DNA of 64,000 nucleotides from contig NC_043000.1 in the NCBI RefSeq assembly GCF_006345805.1, forward strand, positions 83,266,001 through 83,330,000. The letters run 5' to 3'. The notes under the pieces are model-generated. The model was not told where the DNA came from. It saw nothing but the letters and a program-made list of their open reading frames with translations, and ran no database searches. Source of the DNA: Octopus sinensis (taxonomy: Eukaryota). Shown here one piece after another: positions 55,654-64,000 of this stretch. Each line of letters opens with the position of its first letter. Positions within the stretch are counted from its first letter, which is position 1. A program made the translations under genes and the position numbers.

Positions 55654-58600
55654 TAAAAATAAACAATCACTTCATTAAAAGTTTGAAGTTATGAGGTAAT
55701 ACATGATTAATTAAAAACAATGTGAATAAATAAGCATTACAGTTGAAAAAGTAAACTGAATGCCAAAGGGTTAAAGTCAAAAATGTTCAGAGTAATAGAT
55801 ATGAATGATTTTATAGCCATTTATAAATGTTTAAGAACATGCATTATGAAGATTTTCTTTGTGCAAATGTGTTTGTATGAGCTTGTATGTATAAGCTTGA
55901 CAATGTTTGCATGTTTAAGGTGAATACAATGGTTAGCATTCTGTCACTTGCATGATTATCTCAAAAGGTTGAGATGCAGAATTCTTTGGTTCAGTCCATT
56001 TATTTGTAAATAGGTATCACATAGACATAGTGCATAATTATAACTAGCAGCAACAGTGTTTAATTAATAAATATTTCATTAACTTACAATGCTGAGTTCA
56101 AGTTTACTGCAAGGTTTGAACCATGATAGAAGTACACATGATACAGTTCTGATTAACCAATCCTTTTATCATTGTCACTCTAAGCTGCAGACTAAATTAC
56201 TTTTGACCATGAAGGATTTGTAAAAGTAAGGTGTCTTGGAGTTCAGGTATGTGTATATAAACTGGGGATCTTGTGGCTAAGCCTACAATTATAACTAGAG
56301 CATTAAAAAAATGCCTGTTGGAATCCAAATAACAAGATTAAGGAGAATCCTTTTAATCTCTTAGTTGAATCCTTCTAAATCTCATTAGTTTGGTGAAAGT
56401 TCTGAAAATAAGACCCATTATAAACTTACTTAAATAGTACACTTTCATAATATCGTACGACTTGCCAATGTCACCACTATAATCATTGAAATCAGTGACT
56501 GACTGGAATGGTATAGAATCAATCACACTGTAAATTTCTAAAAATATTTAGTTCCATTCCTATACAATCTTGCCAGGGTTGATAAAATTAATACCAGGTA
56601 TGTATAGATGTAAGCATATTTCATTATACAAATAATAACCAAAAGATATCATCACCATAACAGAGGTCATATTACTGTTTTATTTTTGTATAATTCTATT
56701 TAAGATACACTGTGCCTATTTGTGCTACATTTTTTACATCCTTACATCCTGGGATCTTAGGTTGTTATCTTTTAGTTGTTTCTCCACCCTTACCTCATTC
56801 CAAATGAGCCCATAAGCATTCATTCTTTTCAGTTCCAAAACTGGGTAGACATGGTTGTGAGGTTAAAGTGGGATTGTACCATGGTTCCTGGTACAATCTC
56901 ACTTTGTGGCATCTTAGTCATTCATCTCCTGCATACAGACCTAGGTCTATGATATTTTGTGAAAGGAAACTGTATGAAAGCCCATCAGAAGGACCATTCC
57001 TATTTTGGGACAGCAGACTGAATCTGTCACCTTGTTTAATATCACCACTTGGTTCATGGGGAAGGTGGAGGATGTTCCACAGAGTTCATTCAGATTAGAT
57101 TTCTGCTCTAAGGATAACTCTTTCCTGCCTGTTTTGGAGCCCCAAAAGAAATATGGACTTTGCACTTGTGATAATATCAAATAAAAAATTCTTTTGCATC
57201 TGTCCAAAACTTCCTACAATTTAGATTGATCATTAATGACACCAACCTTGAACAGTTATTTCTATATTACCTGAATAGTGGGATAGCACAGATGTAGGGA
57301 AAGGCTATAAAGCACTGGCATTTATCCTCACATAAGGTCAATTGTAAAAGGATTGTGGTGTACATAGTGTCAGCTGAGATTTAACCTCATCTTCCTCTAC
57401 CATGGGTCCCCATGGTGTTAAAACTTACAAACCACTTCCTGGTTGGCACTAGGAAGGACATCCAACCATAGAAACCATGTCAGAACAGACAATAGAGCCT
57501 GGTCTTACCAGCTCTGATTAAACTATCCAACCCATACCAGCATGGAAAATGGATGTTAAATGATGATAATAATAATTTAAGCAGTATTCTTTTGTTTCTT
57601 AAGGAAAATTCAGACTTTTTATATCTGTATATAAAAGGAAAAGATGCCTTCATCACTTCTGACTTATTTTCTATCATTATTTATACATATATAAAGGTGA
57701 CAAGCTGGCAGAATCATTAGCATACTGGGTAAAATGCTCAGAGGTATTTTGTCCATCTTCATATTCTGCTGACGTTTAGCCTTCCATCATTTCAGGATTG
57801 ATAAAATAAGTACCAGTTAAGTACTGGGGTTGATGTAATCAACTAGTACCCCTCCATAAAATTTAAGGCCTTGTGTCTATAGAAGAAAGAATTATTTATA
57901 CATACATACACACACACACACACATGTATACATTCATATATGTTCTCTACCAGTTATTACATAGTCATAAAAAAAAATTTACAGTATTCATGATAGTAAA
58001 CATGTTTATATTTAAACAAGCTGTTTGAAATAGCCACAGAATGAGGAAAATATACTTTTTAAAGCAAAAAAGAAAGAAAAAAAGAAAGATCAAAAAGCGT
58101 GACTAACATTCCAAAGTAGATTACTTCTGGATAATTAGGTCTAAATCAAACAAAAAAAAAACCCACATTTTTGTTGTTGTCTTCGTCATAGTAGCAGTAG
58201 TGGTGGCTTTTTTTTTTCATGACCCCTGCTCGAGTTACTTTTAATTACTTCTATCATTAAGAAAGGATAGATTATCACTAATCTTAAAGGTTTTTGCAAA
58301 TATCTGTAAAGCTATTTTGACAATTAGCAATGGATTATCAGATTAAATCCCCCAATAGCCAATCAGATGAACTCATATGAAACGAGAAGCTAAGGTACAT
58401 CATATCCTTACAGTGCTTGTGTGTGGGGGGAGGGGGAGAATATATTTGTATCTCATGTGTACGTGTGCATGTGCATGGCTATTTATCTGCCCAGCAAATA
58501 GTGTGCATTTATGCTAGCTTGCACACGTGATTATGTGGATACTAATTAAGGGAAATTACCTAGGGACGCCATCCATATGAAACAATAACAGACTGAAACT

Positions 58601-61600
58601 TCAGATTAACTTATTAATCCTTGAGCTAATGTTTTCATCTGCTCGTGACAAAAGTTAATTCTAGTTTTTATTTACAATTTCAGAGTCGCCTCCCCAACCA
58701 CTCTTTCTATGATTAGACTTAACGTTAGTCAATGAGCTTATGTTTCTCACTCCTAATTGCAATTTTGTTTTTGTTCAGCACTCAACAAGTAATGATGTTT
58801 GCTTGTTAAAATATAGATGTTTACTGTTTGTTTTTCAATACTCGCATGGATTGGGCAGGCTTGCCCTTTTTGAGGTAGTAATTTATCACTGGATGCTTTT
58901 CCTGTTGCCAAGCCTTACCTGTTTTTCAAGTTTGTTATTTGAAACTGAAAGCATGCAATCACCATTCTAGATTAAAATTAGTTTATTTTAGGGAGAATGC
59001 ATTGCAACAGGGAACATAACAATTGACAGTTAATATTAGTTGTGCAGGCAAAGCAACAAGTTGGCAGAATCATTAGCATGTTGGGAAAAATGCATTTTGT
59101 GCGTCTTAAATATTCTGAGTTCAAATTCTGCTAAGGCTGACTTTGCCTTTTATCCTTTTGGGGCCGATAAAATAAGTACCAGTTAAGTACTGGGGTCGAT
59201 GTAATTGATTAGTCCCCTCCTACAAACTTGCTGACTTTCTGCCAGCATAGGGTGATGACTGAAAAGACTGGGATAATTGATGTTTGTGCAATTTTATGCT
59301 AATCTTATTCCCTTGAAAACCTCTCTCATGCTCAATTTTCTATTCTTTATGAATCAGATTAAGTCTACAGATTAATGTAACAACTTGAAGTTTACATTTA
59401 GTGGGCTTTAATTCCCCACAAAACATTGGCTTTGATGTTTAGTAACAGATTCAAGTCAGACCTGATATTTACAAATACAGGTTAATGTATTATTCTTTTA
59501 TTCTCTAATTTCATTTACATACTTGTAAATGGTTTCTTTCTATTCTGTCATGTGTATGATTAAGCAAAAGACTAACATTTTCAAAATTCTTTTAAATAAT
59601 ATTTATTCAATATTTTTCTGCAAAGTTACAGCTGTTTCCTGAGTGAAGATAAATTTTTCTTTTAATTAATTTATGCTGGAAGTGTTCTATTAATGATCAA
59701 TGGAAAGAAGTTTCTTTTTGTTTTGCTTTTAATTTCCTAATAGCAAAGTAATTTCTCTGTACAATACTGTCTTTGAGCCTTATGACTGATAGGGTCAGTT
59801 ACTCAATTTCTAAGGTATATAAGTGAGTGAGATCACATTTTCCTTGAATGGGATGTCGGTCCATCACAGAGTTACTCATTTACAGCTGAGTGGAGTGGAG
59901 CAATGTGAAATGAAGTGTTTGCCCAAAAACACAATGTACCACTTGGTCTAGGAACAGAAACCATGACCTTGTGATCACGAGTGCAACATCCTAACCTCTA
60001 GGCCACACACCTTCACAATTTCCTAATATAATGTATCAAATCCATACAGCATGAGACTAATATTTCAAGACTAAATTCAAAGCTGCTTCATTAAGTAGAC
60101 AAGCACATTATTACCTATACACTAATAATTTTGACACTTTTTTGGATTATTGGCTTTGGGTTAGAGCAACAATGAGCTTGATGTAAATACTTCAGCACAA
60201 GTACCTGTTATAGAATAGGGACTGATTAAATATAGATATTTTAGATCTGTTCATAGCCAAGATATTTAGCTTACAGTGGTCCAGTTCAATTTCTTGCCAG
60301 TAGGGGCCAAAGGGTATAGATAGCATTGCCTCTGTAACATCGGAAGGGTGGCTGGACTTGCTGAGCTCCCTTGCTCTTCAATAGAGCTAATACAACCCAA
60401 TACTTTTTATGGAGGATGGGTGGAGGGAGGATCACAAATGTTTCCTAACCATATAGTGTTGGATCAGTCTCACTGAATGGCACAATAACACTGACAAAAG
60501 CCTTGTGAGTGAATTTGGTAGATGGAAACTGAAAGAAGCCAGTTGTGTGTGAGAGTGAGTGAGTGAGTGAGAGATTGAGTGAGTGTGAGATTGAGTGAGT
60601 TTGTTTGTGTGTATGTGTGTGTGTGTACATTGTCTTGACATCACTCTTGTGTACACCCTTGTCTCGACTAGCTGTCAACAAATGCTTGACCATACAAGCT
60701 ATATTGTTTGCTTCTAGTTTTCTGTGAAAAAACATGTCTGACCATGGGAAATATTACCATGTTTGGAAATAGGCAAAGGTTGACAAGAGGAAGGGCATCT
60801 AGGAAGAAAATCTGCCACAAATTCTGTCTGGCTCATGCAAGTATGGAAATGTGGATGTTAAGATAATAATTATCATTATTTCATCATTCCATGATAATTG
60901 TTTTTAGGAATTTTGGAAAACCCATAGATATTATGAAATGGGTCACTACATACCATCACAGCAGGATTTCTGAACAACATTAGTCATATGTGAAGTGTTG
61001 GGCATTACAGTGTCTAGAGAAGATAGACTCATTTTGTTAACGTTCATTGGACATTAAAGCTGAAGAGAAAATATTAGATGATGTTGCAAGAGCAGATTAA
61101 GTGCAATAAACTATGAAGTTGAAAATAGTGAAGGTGGCCAACCTACTGTGTTTAGAAGTTGGCTGTATGGTATTAGAATAAGTATTGGGAGAGGAGTCAA
61201 CTTTATGGCCATTAACTGTTGAAATGACTGTTACTTGTAAATTAATGATGTCTTTATTTCCACAAGGGTTATCTTCTTCTATAGTTAAAAAACAAAAGAA
61301 ATCAGTTTAGGTCTCAAAGAAATGGTGCTTTGTACAACTAAATGGTGGAGATAATGAAATATTTTGGAGAAGAATTAAAAGGGAAATTGAAGATTTAGTT
61401 TTTTGCAAAGATTCTTCACTATTTAATGTTCAATGTAAATGGAAAAGGATAAAATGCTTCCAAATGTTGTTTTACTATCATCATCAGCAGCAGCATTCTT
61501 CCATTTGCTTTTCTGTCTATTGACTCAATGATAAATCATTTCTAGAACCAATTTCCAAGTCTCTACAATCAATTCAGGCTGTCCTCACCATATATTATTA

Positions 61601-62053
61601 TCCCTTTACATGTTCCTGAAGACATCAGCTTATGTCTCTCATGTGAAAATAACTGTTTTCAAATTTACATGCATTCAAAACTATTACACATTCATTCCAC
61701 ACAGTTGTGTCACACATTCACATCACACCTTTAAAACTAATTCTACTTTTAATTTTTAAATATGCAAATTGAAATTTTCTGATGAGTTTTTTTTTTATCA
61801 GCACTCAGCATTTTCATTGCCTCCTACCTGACTTCAAAATAAGAGACTGTCAACCACTGGCACTAATATGAATATACAGCTGTTTATTCTTTACCTCCTC
61901 TTGCAATTATCTCACGACAAATATAACATTTTTGTTTCTACATCTAGATGCATGCCTACCCAAACACTCATATTTTGTACAAACAAGCTTTGCTACGACC
62001 CTCAACATTAGTTTTGACACATCAATAGTTATTTCTCTCTATAATGTATCTTA

Positions 62054-62309
62054 ATAAAAATAAATAAATGCACCCTTTTTAAAGCCTAGTCAGGCTCATG
62101 AGCCCGGTTTCTATGGTGTATGTGTTCCTCAGCTGGACGGGACACCAGTCCATTGCAGTGTTACTCTTTTTTGCCAGCTGAGTGGACTGAAGCAACGTGA
62201 AATGAAGTGTTTTGCTCAAGAACACAATGCGTCGCCTGGTCCAGGAATCGAAACCACAATCTTACAATCATGGTGCTGACACCCTAACCACTAAGCCACG
62301 TGCCTCCAC
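62054..62309 (-). mobile_element. tRNA-derived SINE family C, full length with a perfect 13-bp TSD
   Basis: ataatgtatctta at 62041-62053 and 62310-62322; A box TGGCTTAGTGG, B box GTTTCGATTCC, (TTTA)n tail. Related heads at ~21617, 46050, 51065 and 60015. Confidence 0.9.
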
Positions 62310-64000
62310 ATAATGTATCTTACCTTTCAAGATATAAGCACATATCACTTACACTTACGTTACCTCTATCTCCTTCCTAATCTTCCCAGCTGTTATAGGA
62401 TTTGGTTCCACTACTAGTAAAGAATATTTTGGTGTCATTAGCTTTGATCATAGAACTGCTTGATGAAAAGTGATATAGAGACAAACTCTAACTTTCATTA
62501 GGTCTCACATCTTCATCAACAAAACCAAACATACTAAAATTTAGAAGAAAGCACATCATATCTAAAGGTAACTGAGACAACCATTAGACAACAAACAGAA
62601 CTGGAAGGATTAATCCATATAAATATTATTGATCCATGGCAACAACTAAAGGCTTATAATGACTATTTCAGTGGTCATCTGCCAGTTGAAACTAAATTTG
62701 TTATCCTAATCCTTCCTCCTAATTTAAAGCTTTTCCGGTTTTTTTTTTTGTCTTACATTACCACCCACTAATTTTTCATATGGGCCGTGTGTAAAATACA
62801 TAGGAAATTTTCATACCCAACAGTCATAAGATGCCCAACAAGCCAGTTTGTTGAAAAGCTTAGTATTTAATTAGAGCTGAAACTATGACCTGTCTTTACT
62901 ATGAGAGTATTGGGTCTTACCATTCTGTCTCTAGGATGGGCAATATGTTCTAAGGTCACAGTTTTGGCTAACTGAGTGTTTTGTTGATGATTTCTTCATT
63001 TGGCTGTGAAGAAGCTCCCACACAGGCTTGTAATTGTGATGATGATATTAGAGACAAAGATAGTGGGATGGTGGAGTAAAGATGATAATTTAAGGGAGAT
63101 AATTCACTCCTAATTACCAGCTGGGGAGTGAAGAGAAGACAGAAAGAATGCATAAGCAAATATGTTTATTGATAAGTCTCATAAAGGTCGTTGTTTTTCA
63201 GGCTTTATTCAAAAGAGTTGTTTAATATTTATCACTGGCAGCAGAATGACAACTGGTGAATTCAAGGTGGCTTAAAAATTACTTGCACTATCTTCACTAA
63301 AAACAGAAAATTAGGAGTCTTGAAGGAAACAAATGTAGATTTAGGGATTAGCTACCAGCTTAAAAACTCAAAAAAGCTGTCCCAACTGTGTGTTTAAGAC
63401 TGGAAGGAAAACTCAGAGAAATGGATATTGACCCATTAAATGTTGATTACGGAATATAACAATTACCAGAAATTAGATTGGTTTTCAACAGCCAAAGGAT
63501 GGGATGGTCAGTGACCCACTTTGTCTTGTGAGACTTTATAAAATAACTTTACAGGAACTTATATACAGAGCATTTCTCACCATAGAAAATGAGCAATTAG
63601 TGAAAGCTATGGTTGATGAGCTAACTGTTATGTCAAAACAGCTAAAAAATTTATGTAAAGACACATCCCTAATGCTTCATCAAAAACCAACACTCCACCA
63701 ATAGCAATGAAAAAAAAGTTGGCTATTGCTTATCACAAAAGCAATTTAGAAACAAATAGGAAACTTTGAAGTGTATTATGGTAGCTGATCATGTAGATAA
63801 CCCTCTCAAACTGTGAAATTGAGATACAAGACATAAAAAGGTGAAGTCAATAAAAACTTATGTGAAGACTTCCAGATAGTATGTGTATGGCTGTATTTCT
63901 CACTGGACTAAGCATTGTCTGTTTGCTGATTATGCCAGAAGTGCCTGTAACTGACATACAAATGACTTCATTTCCTTTCACTAGTGCTCTATGGAAGACA

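Larger units (their letters stand above)
55406..55770. mobile_element. piggyBac-type MITE carrying a nested insertion
   Basis: TTAA|CCCTTTAGCATT ... AATGCCAAAGGG|TTAA. Confidence 0.85.

Noticed and set aside
62240-62309. tRNA gene
   Set aside because: The A/B boxes belong to a multi-copy SINE head with body, tail and TSD; there is no complete cloverleaf.
62321-62438. Candidate MYLIP first coding exon on the minus strand
   Set aside because: The translation (MTPKYSLLVVEPNP...) does not resemble the IDOL N-terminus.

Overview
AT-rich, repeat-dense eukaryotic genomic DNA. The SINE and RTE repertoire and the huge (TA)n arrays look like a coleoid cephalopod (Octopus-like); that assignment is an inference. 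Two convergent spliced protein-coding genes can be rebuilt by hand. (1) On the minus strand, five coding exons (45611 down to 33736) of a MYLIP/IDOL FERM-RING E3 ligase orthologue; its first coding exon was not found and probably lies beyond 64000. (2) On the plus strand, a 3-exon gene absent from the ORF track (15085-15175, 21265-21334, 25278-25536) encoding a 139-aa single-pass membrane protein with no signal peptide, juxtamembrane cysteines and an acidic Tyr-motif tail, resembling a transmembrane adaptor. The rest is mobile DNA: five decayed Tc1/mariner elements (one TRT/DD37E-like), piggyBac- and mariner-type MITEs, RTE LINE fragments, three tRNA-SINE families, Helitron remnants and Penelope-like fragments. 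The main non-coding signal is a set of six minimal type I hammerhead-ribozyme motifs, some tied to Penelope remnants or fold-back hairpins in (TA)n. One sits in a 131-bp insertion with a perfect 14-bp TSD, and two lie in sense orientation within introns. Nearly all Y/I/C/V-rich ORFs in the track are microsatellite artefacts. Repeat boundaries are approximate unless a TIR or TSD is quoted.
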